Shown: one piece after another, positions 52,261-52,708 of the stretch
Numbering within the stretch: the first letter of the stretch is position 1
Layout: every line of letters begins with the position of its first letter
Origin: a virus
Taxonomy: Duplodnaviria; Caudoviricetes
Reading direction: 5' to 3' (one strand)
Virus record (IMG/VR): IMGVR_UViG_3300012685_000003
Span: 1-52,708 of that record
Length of the DNA stretch: 52,708 nucleotides
Program-made: the position numbers and the translations under genes
The notes under the pieces: generated by a model
Told to the model about the DNA's origin: nothing
Database searches by the model: none
What the model saw: the letters and a program-made list of their open reading frames with translations, nothing else

Positions 52261-52323
52261 ATGCGTAACGGGTGGAAGATCGTAACGCGGAACGGGCGTA
52301 AGGTGATTGTGTGGACACTATAG
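52261..52323 (+). CDS. 20-aa peptide MRNGWKIVTRNGRKVIVWTL
   Basis: Perfect AAGGAGG RBS, first ORF after the promoter. Confidence 0.55.
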   Translation: MRNGWKIVTRNGRKVIVWTL

Positions 52324-52355
52324 CCCGTAGGGTGTTACTCGACAGGCTAGAGGAA

Positions 52356-52481
52356 ATGTCTAGCGCAATCAACGTAGCTAGAGCCTGTATCGAAGAAGAC
52401 AGGGAATACGTTCTAGTTGGTAGCTGTATGGCGTTTGTTGCTGATCGAGCGCAACAGATTGCTACACGAGTTGTAAAATGA
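52356..52481 (+). CDS. 41-aa early peptide (MSSAINVARAC...)
   Basis: GAGGA RBS. Confidence 0.5.
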   Translation: MSSAINVARACIEEDREYVLVGSCMAFVADRAQQIATRVVK

Positions 52482-52627
52482 CAACTCACCCAGCCTACGG
52501 GCTAACCCACGCTTACCTAGTTAATGGACAAGCCTATGATACACTCGCTAAGGCTCTAAGAGCCTGTGCTGAGTTTGGAGCCTTAACGATTAGTTTCGAG
52601 CCTTACGATTGGTCAGTAACTAGTTAA
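52478..52627 (+). CDS. 49-aa early peptide (MTTHPAYGLTH...), runs into the terminal repeat
   Basis: ATGA-coupled to the previous ORF. Confidence 0.5.
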   Translation: MTTHPAYGLTHAYLVNGQAYDTLAKALRACAEFGALTISFEPYDWSVTS

Positions 52628-52708
52628 CAACTAGCTAACGCGCGCGAATGTGGCGCTAGAGCCTCGCAAGGCTCCGTTAGCCATTCGGTTGGGACAACGG
52701 AAAACGCT
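52586..52708. repeat. Terminal direct repeat, right copy
   Basis: Identical to 1-123. Confidence 0.95.

Noticed and set aside
1-52708. Stop-codon reassignment or temperate lifestyle module
   Set aside because: Genes tile densely under the standard code with all three stops used; no suppressor tRNA, integrase or ParA/repressor cassette is recognisable.

Overview
The window is an apparently complete ~52.6 kb AT-rich dsDNA tailed phage genome, assembled as a circle: bases 1-123 recur exactly at 52586-52708. It has two convergent arms. The + arm (about 52260 through the join to 21232) carries early and replication genes: a SNF2 helicase, Cas4/RecB-like exonuclease, Sak4-like ATPase, putative SSB, two GroES homologues, HNH endonucleases, a stand-alone TSCPD domain, tRNA-Leu(UAA), a DUF3987-type helicase, and a family-A DNA polymerase. 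The - arm (51643 to 21219) carries a podovirus-type morphogenesis module: terminase, portal, scaffold, HK97-fold capsid, adaptor and nozzle, GNAT, and three ejection proteins. No integrase, CRISPR array or reverse transcriptase is visible. The most unusual observations are: (1) four anticodon-less tRNA-like RNAs (acceptor stem plus T-arm kept, anticodon arm replaced by a long hairpin) and two further structured RNAs; (2) a UDG-exonuclease-PolA split cleanly into two genes around a DHH phosphoesterase, with His at the Pol I 762 position; (3) an HNH gene whose N-terminus duplicates that of the downstream GroES-like gene; (4) three adjacent late proteins sharing an N-terminal motif; (5) recurring GTGTC-N5/6-GACAC operators and a shared promoter signature; (6) paralogous virion proteins with nested 14/56-aa repeats. 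All calls come from reading motifs by eye; no database searches were run.
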